Shown here: piece after piece, positions 11,101 through 24,999 of the stretch
Layout: each line of letters begins with the position of its first letter
Numbering within the stretch: position 1 is the stretch's first letter
Source: Lama glama
Lineage: Eukaryota
DNA length: 63,758 nt
Direction: 5' to 3'
Assembly: GCA_028534125.1 (NCBI GenBank)
Contig: CM052816.1
Location: forward strand, 3,784,001-3,847,758
Notes under the pieces: model-generated
What the model was told of the DNA's origin: nothing
Databases searched by the model: none
What the model saw: the letters and a program-made list of their open reading frames with translations, nothing else
Position numbers and translations under genes: made by a program

Positions 11101-13404
11101 GTGGAAAGGAAGACGGGGATGAGGCACCTTGTCCAGGAATGGAATGCTTTGTCCACTTTCCCCAGGGGAGGAGTAGGAGATGTGTCACACCTCTGGGGCT
11201 GGGAATCTCCACGGATTCCAGGAAATGATTCATGAGGGAAGAAGTCAGCTTAACCATCTACCAGTCTCAGACGGCACAAAATCACTCAGCCACGTAACAA
11301 ATATCCCACCCTCTACCATCACCACTGTCCTGGAAGGGTCTTAAACTGTAGTCAACAAATAGCAAATCCAGAGAAAATGAGAGCAGAGACAGCTGAAACC
11401 ATCCTTATCTTTACTCTCAAAAGTAGGGAAACACCAACTAAAGACTGTATACAGGGAAAAGAAACAAATACTTAACTTTGAATGAGGTTTGAAGTTGATA
11501 AATATCTCAGATGAAACACCTAAAATTTCTGAACTGAGCCTGTATTTTGTCCCTTAAAGTAACACCACATTGATAGCTTTTCAGGGGGCCAAAATCCACT
11601 AGGAATTGCCCAAGTTTTTATGGAGGAGGTAGAGGGGAAGACCACTCCAACTCAAATTTCAAAGTAGTGAAGACAAAAATAAAGTTGCATTTTAATTACG
11701 AGTTGTGCTTATTTAACATACCAATTACGTATTTCTTCAATAAGTATTTGTTGAGTGTCCATCACTCTGATAGACAAATGAATACAATGCTGAACAAGTC
11801 CTATAGCAGGATCCTGCCTGCACAGAGTTCACAGAGCGGTAGGATAGAATGGGGGCTTCCTGGACATCCTCTCTTCTCAAAGCAGACTGAGACCGAGATA
11901 GAAAACACGTGCTTTCGGCTGGTTCTTAACTGGATTTGAATTCCCACTGCTCCAAGATCAGCTGGAGAAAATTACCTAGCAGTTTCACACTTTAGTTCTC
12001 CTCGCCTACAAAATGGAGAAAATGTAATCTACCTTTGAAGATTGCCGAGAGGATTTCAGGGAAATGTACAGAAAAGCACACAGTATACTTCTTGACCAAA
12101 AAGATCTCAAAAAATAGTAGCGGGCATCACCAACAAGATAGTGATATGAGGAGCAATCCCTGTAGAATCAAAAAGACAAAATGATTATTGCCCTTAAACT
12201 TCCCCATCATAAAAGTTAAAATGAAAGATTCAACAGTAAGTATTAATTCTTTCTAAATAACTTAAGTCTCACTACTCATCTTTGTTATACTCTCTAAAAA
12301 TTCCCACTCAATCCACTGTATTATTTTTATTTCATGAGCTTTTATTGTATAAATTATCAGTACCACATAATCTAGGATTCAGTCATCTCATTTCCTATGC
12401 TTTAATTGTCTTCTTGCACAAAGTCTTATCTCCCAAATTATACTGTTAAGAGCTCACTGAAGACAGGCCAGAAAATTATACTCTGGAATATTTTCTAGAA
12501 TGTTTCAGACCTTCAACAAATACAGACAGAACTAAATAGACAGGGCTAAAGTTTTAAGATGCGCCAAGGTGTAAAAATGTAGGCTATTCTGAGTTCCCAC
12601 TGTAAGCACAATCACAAACATGGCAGTCTCTTTGGAAACTGGAAAACACTGTCAGGGTCAAAGCAGAAATCCTTCTTGATCTCTGCAAATCACCTCTAAC
12701 TGATGGAAAACTTCTTTTGGCCTGGACATGGGTTCCACACACTACAACAAAGACAGGCAGGTATAGAACAAACTTTCTCAAACAATTCAAGTTGAATTTC
12801 AACATGGAATCTCATCGAGTCTGCTGATGGCATTTTGAAAAGAATTTCATTAAATGTTGCTAACATGTCATAAGCTCCCTTAAATGGAAGGGTAATGGCT
12901 CATAACATTTGTAAGCTTTTTAATTTCATGGAATATGAGCAGCATAATCAGGACCTATTAAAGTCAATCAACCATGCCAACTGGGGCTACCTGCGTCTGC
13001 TTTTGTTTCTGTTTTCCTTGTGGGTACACCCCGTGAACCAAGAGGCAACAGCCCCAGTATCATTCTTTAAGGCTAATGCTGGTGTGTGATGTTCTGAACA
13101 ACATCTGATCAAACCATCAGGCAGCATTTGCATGCATGGGTTGAACAGACACCTCTTGGGAAATGTTTTTTTGGCTCCTGGGAAAGAGAGATTTCCCTTT
13201 CCATTTGCTTCAGCTCAGAAAGTACAATTTTGGTAGGATTCAGAATCAGCCATCTGACCAATGTAACTGGAATTAATAAATGGAGAGGAATATAAGAAAC
13301 CTTGTTTATATTTTCAAAGACACAGCAATGCCCAAACTACCAATCCTTTAAGACAGGTCTCCAGGTTTCCTTTTACCACAAAGCGTTTAATTACAACAGT
13401 GGCC

Positions 13405-13610
13405 ATTTATAGGGGCTAAATACCAGGCACTGTTTTAGGCACCTATGTATGTTTTCTCGTTTAATTTTCAAAACGACTCTATGATGCTATCAGTTACCCC
13501 ATACTGTGGATACCAAAACTAAAGCTTGAGACATCAAGTAATATGGCTCAAATCACAAACCTAGTGAGTAGCAGAGCCAAGCTTCAAACTCAGCTTTAGT
13601 CTGGCTCTAA
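13405..13610 (-). mobile_element. MIR SINE
   Basis: 'taccaggcactgttttaggcac...tcacaaacctagtgagtagcagagccaagcttcaaactcag'. Confidence 0.75.
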
Positions 13611-15314
13611 ATTGTGTAATTTTTTTTTTTTTTTACTATGCTGTGCTTCCTTCACACTCACCCTGATGCACGTCTTCCTGTGATAACGCAGATATCTAGA
13701 GAGAGCATTTCCATTTGGGGACAAGAGGGCGCCAGGTAAGGGGATGATCCAGGAAAGTTCAAGGCTATAGAGTCAAACAGGGAGAACTCACTGTACAGTC
13801 GTGCGAGAAAGTACACATCAAAACTGGAGAAGTGGAACTGAGTGTAACAAACCCGCTCAGGACAAGGCCACAAGCAGAAGGCTGACTTAGAAGGAAGGAA
13901 GGCTGAGAACAGGAGAGGGAACAGAGTAGGGGATGGGTGAGGGCAAGCAGTGTTAAAGTAAGACTGAGAACATACAGAAAAGTTAGGGTTCTACTTGTGT
14001 GCACTGGCTGTGCAGGTGGGGGCACACTTGATGGCTCGATGGGGATGGGTAGGACCAGATAATTTCATTACATAAATCTTTACTGCAAAAAATTCCCCAG
14101 AATGATGGGCATATAGATGATGTTCAAATATGTGTCTGCATTTAATTACAAATTATACAAATAGGAAAACATTGAGCTATTCCCTAAGCTGCCATTAATG
14201 ACTACTGGACCAAGAAACTACACAATTAAACAGTGTTACACTGAATGACATGCACAGCCACCATTATACCTGAAGGAGGTGAAAGAAAAGTATTCAACTT
14301 ACAAGAGGAAGAGAATTTTATCCAAGAACACGTCCTGCATTGTGGGCGTCACTGTATTTTTAACTCTACTGCAAATATGTCAGTTTGGGTTGTTAAGAAA
14401 TGAAAAAAGCAGCTCAAGGATTAAGAATGTCGTGAGACCTTGTACATAAAATATTTAAAGAACTTGTAGAAGAAGCTGAATTTAGAATGAAGAAGACAGA
14501 CTCCTTTCTTCAGAGTAGTTCCCAGAGGTAATGAAGCCCTAGTGCCCTAAGGCATAATTACACACAATGAGTTAACTTCTCTTTTATAAAGCTAGGATGG
14601 TACTGGGCATTTGGAGAACTGGAAGAACTGAGAAAATCATCACTCACATTTTCTGCGGTTTGTAGTTTCAGACAAGGAACCAGAGTTAACAAAGGTCAAG
14701 TCTTTGGGAATTTGGAATTTCTACAGGTTTTTAACCTTTCAGGATGATTTAAGACAACATATCTTTTAAGATGATTTTAATTATTTCATATTAGCTCTAC
14801 TTTGGTGGGCTTAGAATGAAAAACTAGTAACTTGTAGTCTGAGGTTCTAGACAAAATCATATCTATAGAATCTATGGTTTCTAGAATATCATGACTTTTT
14901 TTGGAGTCAGACTTAATTAGCACCTGGATCCCTGATTATTTCCAAATAGGTAATATAATATAAATCTAACAGAAGGCATGACCAGAGAAAAGTAATGACG
15001 TAGTAGGAGATGGCACAATTTAGGGGCTCTGTACTTGGACTGGAGAAAAAAGGGCCTTCATAGGAAGTTGTGACTGTAAGAGCCCTACAGAACTATAGCA
15101 CGGAGGCCATCTTAGGGCTGTGGGGAATGGCCAGAGAAGCAGGAATTGGCTAAAGAAGGAAGTAAGATGCTTTCTTCTTCATGAAACTAGCAAGGGTCCT
15201 CTGTGCTTCTCTGGGTTGCAGGGAAAACAAGTCAGGTAAACAGCACAGGTCAGTAGGTAAGCACTGTCTACTATCCCAAGGTAAGACAGCATTCCAGTTA
15301 AGAATGTGGGTGTT

Positions 15315-16626
15315 CCCTCACACCATACACACAAATGAACTCAAAATGGCTTAAAGACTTAAACATATGACAAAACACTATAAACATCCTAGGAGAAAAC
15401 AGGCAAAACATTCTGTGACATAAATCTTAGCAATGTTTTCCTAGGGTGGACTACCCAAGCAATAGAAATAAAAGCAAAAATTAACAAATGGGACCTAATG
15501 AAACTTATAAACTTCTGTACACCAAAGGAAACCAAAAGCAAAACAAAATGACAACCTATGGAATGGGAGAAAATATTTGCAAATGATGCAACTGACAAAG
15601 GATTAATTTCCAAAATACATAAACAGCTCAGACAACTTAATAACAACAAAAAAAAATCCAATCCAAAAATGGGCATAAGACCTACATAAACAATTCTCCA
15701 ATGAAGACATACAAATGGTCAACAGGCACATGAAAAAGTGCTCAGTATCCCTAATTATTAGAGAAATGAAAATCAAAACTACAAGGAGGTATCACCTCAC
15801 ACCAGTCAGAATGGGCATCATTCAAAAGTCCACAAACAACAAATGCTGGAGAGGGTGTGGAGAAAAGGAAACCCTCCTACACTATTGATGAGAATGTAGT
15901 ATGGTACACCCATTATGGAAAACAGTATGGAGATTCCTCAAAAAACTAAAAACAGATTTACCATATGATCCAGCAATCCCACTCCTGGGCATGTATCAGG
16001 AGGGAACTCTTAACTCAAAAAGATACATGCAGCCCAATGTTCACAGCAGCACTGTTTACAGTAGCTAAGATATGGAAGCAACCTACATGTCCATCAACAG
16101 ATGACTGGATAAAGAAGCTGTGGTATATTTATACAATGGAATACTACTTAGTTATAAAAAAGAAGAAAATAATGCCATTTGCAGCAACATGGATGGCCCT
16201 GGAGAAAGTCATTCTAAGTGAAGTAAGCCAGAAAAAGAAAGAAAAATATCCTATGATGTTGCTCATATTTGGAATCTAAAAAAAGGAAAAAAAAAGAGGA
16301 CACTAATGAATTCATCTAAACAGAAACAGACTTGCAGACATAGTAAACAATCTTATGGTTACTGGGGGAGGGGGGTGAGAGGGATAAATTTGGGAGTTGG
16401 AGATTTGCAAATGTTAGCCACTAAATATAAAAACAGATTAAAAAACAAATTTCTTCTGTATAGCACAGGGAACTATATTCAATGTCTTGTCATAACCTTT
16501 AAGGAAAAAGAATATGAAAACAAATATATGTATGTATATGCATGACTGGGACATTGTGCTGTATGCCAGAAATGGACATACTGTAACTGACTATACTTCA
16601 ATTAAAAAAATAAAATAATTTAAAAA
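15315..16626 (+). mobile_element. 5'-truncated L1 (about 1.3 kb, disrupted ORF2 C-terminus plus 3'UTR) with 15-bp TSD
   Basis: TSD aagaatgtgggtgtt (15300-15314) / aagaatgcgggtgtt (16627-16641); TT/AAGA endonuclease-type site; ORF 15965-16279 gives an L1 ORF2-like peptide ([20 protein letters not shown]). Confidence 0.97.
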
Positions 16627-19504
16627 AAGAATGCGGGTGTTAAGAGTCAACGTGGGCTGGAATATTAGGTTCACATTCTTCCTTAACCCTTTATTTGACT
16701 GCTCATATCTAAACAGATCAAAATGATAGGTCCTTTCTAGGCTCACCCTAAGGAATGAACGAGATACTTTTACATTAAAACTGTGGCTCTGAGCTATTAC
16801 AACACAAGGGCCTAATCACACATTATTTAGTTTCAAAATCAGCAAATACTTATGAGCAATTACTGTGGGTGGGGCTTTCTGATAGGTAATTTCAAACCTA
16901 TTAGTTCACTTAATCTCCACAACAACGTATCTTTTAAGATGATTTAAAGTTATAGACATACAACATTAAAACTACAGGCGCTAAGCAACACTTTAATATT
17001 TTCTCTCCACTCCGTATTTCCTGGTTGCAATCTGTCAGTTATGGCAAGAACAGAATGGTCCAGGCATCTGCAGAGTCTTTTACTCCTCTCCTCAGGCTAG
17101 CCTCCATGGTCCTCCTGACCACTACATTTATTGCACAAGGGTGTGCACATACAGCCACAGATACTAAACTCTGTGGGCATGTAAGGGCTTTTCAAGGGTA
17201 ATTTTAAAAATAGTTGCATTTTTGTCCGTAAGAGCCAAATTAAAAAATCAAAACCATGGAACTTAACCATAAGTTAACCCTGCTGGATTCCACAATGTCA
17301 TGAGCCCTGTGATGAGCCTGGGAGGCCGGAGCCGTACTGGAAACAGTCCCCACCTTCCTCCACCCACTGGGAGCAGACAGCTGTCTCCTATAATCCAAGA
17401 CTGTATTGGCATCAGCCATCTTCTTGTACTAACTCTGTTGCAATGTTGTCAAACTGTTTCCTTTTCATTAAATTTCTTTCTGTGGCTCCCTAAGCAGAGT
17501 GCTCCTAAGACAGGGTGAAAGAAATACTTCATGATTTAGCCAATGCTTTGTGGCAGTGACGGAAGGCAAGGGGCCGGGGGGAGGGGTAAATTCCACATCT
17601 CAGAAAACTCACATAAGACCAGCCAAAAAATAACCGACAATGCTATGAAAGAAATGAAAAACCTTAGTTTGTTAACTACTAAAGTCAGAAGCAAACATGG
17701 GAACTCAATATCCATCCAGGGATCTGACTACCCATGCACAAACAATTTAAAAATAAAGCCAGCTCCATTTCTCCTCTATCAGTGAGCTGTTACCTAAGGA
17801 TAATTCATCTCTCCATAATACTGCTCTCATTTTTTTTTTAACATAACTGCCTGAGCCTTAACCAATCTACACAGCTTGATAGTAGAAAACTGTAATTATC
17901 ATACCATCTGCACTTGTCTATTACTGTAGAGAGCTAACACTTTATTTCCATGACTCTGATGTTACAAAATGGAAGCTGCAGCTTACTAGGCAGAGAAAGC
18001 CACCGTATTGCATCAAGCAAGGGAAGAAACATGGTAGTCTGCGTGTCTTATTCCTTCAGCATGGCGACTTTCACCACCATCTATCTCTCCTTCATATCCC
18101 TCCAAAAGGCAACAAGCACATCTGCAAAATATTCATCAGTCTTAAAAGCCTCATTTACTTTGTGGACCAGTTGGTATTTGCCTCGGGGCATAATCTTTGC
18201 TGATAAAAACAGAATCATTCATAGAAGTGGAAAGTCCCACACATAATTTAGGCGACTGCCATTTACAACATCACTGGTAATCATTTCAGAGTGATGCATC
18301 AAAGGCTACGCTCAGCAGCGGATGGAGATCGCAAAATCAAAGAGTAAGTATTTGGTTATAATTTCACATGGCAAGGAAGTGTTTTTTCAGCCTCTGAAAT
18401 TACATCTCCTGAAAAAAATCATCAGTGGGTTGTTTTTTTTTCTTTTTTTGAGAATGAACACATTCTCTTAAAATGAAGACTAACAGTGCAATGCGCTCAC
18501 AACAATTATACAGTGCTGGGTTGAACCAGTTGCCAGGAGATGAGTATAATTCGATGGAGGCATTAAGAACATAATTTAAGTGACATATTTTGCCCAACCT
18601 TTCAAGAGTGAAGAACAACAAAATGCTCACGAATGTGTTAAAATGCCCCTCTTCCTTAAAGCTGGCTTCTCTCCCCATTATTCTCCCCCAATACTCAAAA
18701 GGTATTATCGGCTGCGAGATGCCACCTAACCAAAGTAGGGCTTTTCCTACCATTAAAGAAACATAAACCAAACCACAGCAGACTCTGGTGTGTGCTTTTC
18801 CACCTTCAGTTTTATCTATGAAATAAGCAAGAAGTAGTCTCACATCAAGTAGTCATTACACGTGGCTGGGATGTTTCTGAAACCAAAAGAGTAAGACGAT
18901 GCTGACATGCCACAGTGATGATGAAGGGAAGCCCAAAGACGTGAAGGGCTGGAAAGTGTCAGTTTTGTTAACTTCAGCTCTCCTGTCTGTAACACACAGC
19001 TCCATACTTGGGAGCTTCCATCAGCCTATGGGTGGCATAGATGAAGGCATACAGCAGGGTAAAAGAGCAAAGTGGGGAAAGATGGGCTTTTAGTACCACC
19101 TTTATCTCTTCCACCTTGTCTGTCCTGCTCACACCATCTTCTCCGTAATAAGATACTTTGTATGTGGCTGACAGACAATCAATCAATCCAAAGCTCCTAT
19201 AAAAGAGAAATTTGTCTTTACCTCCCTACCTGAGAGGCTCTTCTAGCATCTTTCAGTTAGAAGGATCCTAGGAGTTATTTATTTTAAAAAACCAAACAAA
19301 CAATGACAACAATTTGCTTTCCTTCCATGTGATAGGTAAGAGTTAGAAACCAGGGACACAGTGGTACCAAAGCAAACAATATTAACAAATGTTAATAACA
19401 ATAAATCATTTTGAAATTTTATACAGTACTTTATACTCAAGGTTATGTTCCAGAAACAGTAAAATTTACACAATAGGTTTTACATAATTATGTAAAATAA
19501 ATGA

Positions 19505-19675
19505 ACTCTTACAATCCTGTGAAAAGCTTACAAGGTAGTGCTATTATGCCCGTTTAACAGATAAGGAAGTAAAGCACAGAAAAGGTCAAATACTTTGCTC
19601 AGGCTAACACGGTAAATGGTAGCACCGAGATTTAAATCCAGGAAGTTGATGTTCCAGACTCTACTCTTAAATATC
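19505..19675 (-). mobile_element. MIR SINE
   Basis: 'tattatgcccgtttaacagataaggaagtaaagcacagaaaaggtcaaatactttgctcagg'. Confidence 0.75.
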
Positions 19676-21615
19676 ACTTCAAAATTGCATTTCTTGGTCC
19701 CTGACATTAAAGAGATTCTATATTAATATAGAAGAGGAAGCAAACAGGTAAGTACATAAATATTTAGTTGTGTAATAGACACATATAATATATAACTAGA
19801 AATTAATATACCTAAGTAATATGACATGATATAATATACTGACAGAAAATAAAGCCAAGGGATAAGGGGAAGGTGTTCATCCGGAGGTGCCATTTGAGCA
19901 GAAGCCTGGGTAGGAGTGAGGCTAGGTTTTCATCCAGTCTGGTGTTCTCAGACTGTGGTGCGTGGACCCCTCCAGGGCCCTGGCAACTTGTGGCCGATGA
20001 CAGGGGGCCTGGGTGGGCAGGGGAACAGGCTGTAGCTCCCCAGCCCTTGCCCAACCACAGCAGCTCATCTTCCATGTGGTCTGGATTTGGGGTTCCAAGG
20101 AACATCTGACTTCAAAAAGATTCTATGGCTTTAAGAACAATATTGGAGAAAACCCCTGATTACGTCCAACCTCTTTAAGGTCCTGAACACAGAAACTGAG
20201 AGGGACGAGGAATGACATGCTCCAGAGCATGGTGGGAATCCCAGCAAGACAAGCAGCGCACCCAGAGTCCCCAGGTTCGAATCCAGGACACTGCAGTCAT
20301 CTCTAGAGGGTACAGACAAAAGAGTTTATCCAAGTGACTGTGTCTCCCTGTTTGGACACTTCCTAACCAAACTCCAGGCTCAGCAAGAGAAACTGCACAC
20401 GTGCTCTTGCCTGTCTCCTGTATTTATGAAAATGTCCCCACCTCTGCCTCCTATTCTAATTTATATTTTTCCTGATCTTAACCCATTATATCTTTTCTTA
20501 CTCTGTCACTGTCCATATTTCTCCTAAGCTACTTCAAATCCTTTGTGGAAATGTGTAAGTGCATGGGGGGAAGGAGTGATTACAGTAGGGGTTTGGCATG
20601 ACTACACACTTCTGAGTCTTCCAGTAAATGAGATTCCAGTGGTGGACCTTTGGGCACCAGAGCAGACAACAAGAAAGGGTGTGGGGCAGCCTACTTGCTC
20701 AATGGCCCTCAAATCATATAATTAGACGTTCCCAGCCTTATGTGAAGTTTGGACCGACCTCTTCTATGAAAAACTCCAGCTGATACAGTTACAACTGAGG
20801 TTTGATCAAAGCCCCCTGTAACTCTTGTATGTCCAGTAGGAACTTCATTTCAGAAAAGCATGCACAGTCAATGCCTCCCCAGTTAAAGGAAGGGCAAAAA
20901 CCTCGTCAGCCCATTTTAATTCTAAGACAACCAAAAACCTCCGAATAACTCTGCTTCTCAGCATAAACAAACAAACCGACCAAAGGATTAAGTGCTGATC
21001 TGTTCAGTTTGCGTCTGTTTAAAAAAAAAAAAAGCAAGCAGCTGGTTCACCCTATTGTCCACAATAAATTATGCCACATAAAAAGACAGATACAGTTGGG
21101 GAATGGCAATCGGCTTCCCAGTACAGATGGGCTTATAGATGACCCTTCCAACTTTTAACGATCTCCGTAATTTATGTGTGAGCTAAGAAATGCAAAGATG
21201 CCTCATGTGCTCCTCTGACTTAGTACAAATCACTTTTATTTACTTGGGCGATACTTCATGGTCCAGTTAACTTCTTAATTAAAGACAGCAAGATGCTCGT
21301 GTTCCATGCAAGTGGCATGGAAAAGACTGTTTTGTGTGCAATATGTTCAGCTGGGAGTTGAAGCTGTTTCGCGTACTGGCGAGAAGACATCACGGCTTTC
21401 ATTCGGAGTCTGAACTAAGCAGAGACACAGCTGTTTCCATTCTAACGATACTGTCAATGGATCCTCTTCAGACAAAGCTTGTACTTGTCTGCCATCCACG
21501 TTACTTTATTTAGCCTCGTGCAGAGCATGCTGAATCCAAATCAGCTTTCCTCTCCCTGTTTGCCTCTTCCCAGGCATTCTCTGGCATGGTTAAAGAAATA
21601 AAGACAGAAAGGAGG

Positions 21616-22115
21616 NNNNNNNNNNNNNNNNNNNNNNNNNNNNNNNNNNNNNNNNNNNNNNNNNNNNNNNNNNNNNNNNNNNNNNNNNNNNNNNNNNNNN
21701 NNNNNNNNNNNNNNNNNNNNNNNNNNNNNNNNNNNNNNNNNNNNNNNNNNNNNNNNNNNNNNNNNNNNNNNNNNNNNNNNNNNNNNNNNNNNNNNNNNNN
21801 NNNNNNNNNNNNNNNNNNNNNNNNNNNNNNNNNNNNNNNNNNNNNNNNNNNNNNNNNNNNNNNNNNNNNNNNNNNNNNNNNNNNNNNNNNNNNNNNNNNN
21901 NNNNNNNNNNNNNNNNNNNNNNNNNNNNNNNNNNNNNNNNNNNNNNNNNNNNNNNNNNNNNNNNNNNNNNNNNNNNNNNNNNNNNNNNNNNNNNNNNNNN
22001 NNNNNNNNNNNNNNNNNNNNNNNNNNNNNNNNNNNNNNNNNNNNNNNNNNNNNNNNNNNNNNNNNNNNNNNNNNNNNNNNNNNNNNNNNNNNNNNNNNNN
22101 NNNNNNNNNNNNNNN
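21616..22115. other. Assembly gap (500 N)
   Basis: Run of N. Confidence 1.
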
Positions 22116-24022
22116 CCAGGAGCCATGGGGAGTCAGAAAGAAAGAAGTCCCCTTTCAACTTTGTCCTTTGAGAGATTTACAATACAGGGGGGGCACACAG
22201 CCAAAGAATAGCCAAGGGGATCCCAGAAGGATGAACGCTCGAGACATGCTCACCTAACCTAACAGTTAATTAACTCCTCTGTGACAGGAATTTAACCTTT
22301 GCTTCAATACCTGTTTTTGGTAAGAAACTATAACCAACTTGCCTAATGTCTACGTTTCTTCCCAATTTTGGGTATCATCACTTCATTTTTTCCAGTTTCT
22401 TTCCCAGTTCCCAGGTCTGCCCAAGGTATTTGGTGGGAGAGGTCTTTCAAATAGTGTGAATCTTTGTTATCAGCCTCTATTTCCAAAATAATATACAAAG
22501 CTGATTAGAGGAGCCAACTAAATGTGTTATCACATTAAAATCTCCTTTATAGCTCTGGAACAATCAGACTGGATTGAATTCACATCAGAACCACTTGAGA
22601 ACAGCCTTATTTAAAACCATTCCACCTTCAACTGCGTTAAGACACTATGGATATCATTAAGATAAGAGTTTTAGGTCAGTTTCGAAGCAAAACTTTCTTC
22701 CCAGGAAGATGCACAAGAGGCATTTAGAAGATTCACAGCCATTCCTGAAGTAATTAGAAAGAATTAGACCATTTGCTTTTCCCTCTTCAAATGGTAAAAC
22801 TTTATTCCTAAAGGCAAGCACGAAAATTCTAGCAGCTGGCTAGCTGGGCATGACTGAGTCATCAGTGGCCCTGAAGTCTATCAAGTGCACTTGAGACAGA
22901 ACTGGGAAGCCAGGAGCCCGCCGTCAGCCCAGCGAGCTCTGCTGCCCTGCGGGGTGCTGCATCCCCAGTGCCTACCCCTATGCCCAGCACACAGACGTTT
23001 CCATAGATGCAGGAGCAGATCCCCTCATTTCGCCAGGCCAAGTTGGAGTGGCCTCCTGGAAGGTCTTCCAGAGACGCGGCCTGAGCAGGGGCAGAGGTGG
23101 GTGGAATGTACAAAGACTCTCCCTCTGGGCTGGTCCAAGGATGTTGGCATCTGCTCTTTATTCTTTATCTGGTTCAGACTGTCTGCTTGGTTGTTTCAAG
23201 TGGAAAGCTTTCTACAAAATGAGTCTAGAATAATTAAAGAGATTTCAGAGTGGCAGGACAATAGACTGAAATATCAATTTGTTTCCTTTTTTTATATCTC
23301 TCATGCCGGCCCCTGGCCCCTTTCATCACCGTTTCAAATAGCTTCTCGGGCTTTGTAATTATGTGGCTTAGAGATTTTGAGAGCAAAGAAGCAGAGGCAG
23401 CCTGCAAGCAGTGGGGTTTCTTATCTCATGTAAAAGGTAACTCTCATTAAATGGACTGTGCCAGGCGTGTTGGGCATGAGGGCCAAGACAGAGAAGAGGA
23501 GAGAGATTTCAGCTGGGACTGGACAAGAGCTCATAATTCCCATGAGTTCCAGAGACAACTGTCCTGCCAGTGTCCCCAGGACAGGTTAGGGCCTCAGAAG
23601 GAAATGGCTGCAGGGCTCCAGCCTCTCCAAAGTTTCCCTTTCCCAGGAAGGGCAGAGAGATTCCTTTTCCAGACCTAAAGGGACCACAGCTTTCAGCCAC
23701 TGCTGATGAAAGACAGTGACTAGTGCTCGCAAGGGCCTCCCTACTAGCGCTGGGCAAAAACACTGAGATATCCAAAAAAAACCCCTCGGTGCTGTGGGAT
23801 GCCCTGCTGACCCTTGTGGGTCGAGGGCTGAGAATTAGTATTATGTTCATTTAAAGACAGTGTTATTTCTTCCTCCTCTCATTTTCTTGCTGCATCAGCA
23901 TCAAACAGGTTTTTAATTCCATCAGCACATTCTCAAGCTTGAAGGAATGCCAAGTCCTATTTTAGTAAGCAGGTGTCAGGGCTGTCTGGCTGGAGCAGTT
24001 TTAATGGTAGGCATTACTTGGT

Positions 24023-24416
24023 GTTTTTTGTTTTTTGATTTTTTTTTTTTAAGTATAGTCAGTTTACAGTGTTGTGTCAATTTCTGGTGTACAGCACAAT
24101 ATTTCAGTCATACATATACATACATATATTCCTTTTCATATTTTTTCATTATAGGTTACTACAAAGTATTGAATATAGCTCCCTGTGCTGTACAGAATAA
24201 ACTTGTTGTTTATCTATTTTATATATAGTAATTAGCATTTGCAAATCTTAAACTCCCAATTTATCCTTTCTCATCCCCTTCCCCCTCTGGTAACCGTTAA
24301 GTCTGTTTTTTATGTCTGTGAGCCTGTTTCTGTTTTGTAAATAAGTTCATTTGTCTTTTTTTAGATTCCACATATAAGTGATATCATACGGTATTTCTTT
24401 CTCTTTCTGGCTCACT
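24023..24416 (-). mobile_element. 5'-truncated L1 3' end with 15-bp TSD
   Basis: Perfect TSD taggcattacttggt at 24008-24022 and 24417-24431; poly(T) tail near 24023-24050. Confidence 0.95.
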
Positions 24417-24685
24417 TAGGCATTACTTGGTTTTGATTGAAGAGTGAAACAGTTGTATCCATATACAGATTGCTTTGGAATGCAAGCTTCCCAAGGAGGG
24501 GATTTTGGTTGGCTGTAGTCTCAACTCCTAAAACACTGCTAGGCTCATAGCATGTGCTCAGCAAATGCCTGTGACGTGACAGGGCATTTTCAGTCCAAAA
24601 AAGCTGCGTTTTGAAAGGTACTGTGGGAATTACAAAAATGTGAAGCCCTAAGCCTATCTCTTGAGCAGATGCCAAAATATTAGAG

Positions 24686-24924
24686 CAAGCATTCTCAACC
24701 AGGGTGACACAGTCCCCAGTGGGTGAAAACTGGGAACTGGGGGAAGGTGAAAAAAGTGTTCTCTTTTTAATGCATAAAGGACACATATGCTTATACATAG
24801 AGTACAGACACAGTGTATTTGCAGAATTAAAATTTCATGGTGGAGGGGTGCATTTTGGGGGAAACTGTCTAAAATATTCTCAGGGGAGGGACAGGCAATG
24901 ATAAAAAAAAGCTGAGAAATATTG
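24686..24924 (-). mobile_element. MER112-like hAT-Charlie element
   Basis: Ends 'gcattctcaac' and 'tgataaaaaaaagctgagaaatattg' with internal 'attaaaatttcatgg', as in the recalled consensus. Confidence 0.7.
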
Positions 24925-24999
24925 CATCAGAGTGTTACAGATTTTGAGACTGCTCCAACTTTCCTTCTTTTAATCTACAAATGGTTATTCACATGTGGA

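Noticed and set aside
15965..16279. 104-aa ORF, and the similar ORF at 55572-55901
   Set aside because: Fragments of L1 ORF2 C-terminus inside truncated L1 copies; not host genes
21541..22257. ORFs of 178-223 aa, and the ORF at 49387-49650
   Set aside because: Artefacts of reading through N gaps
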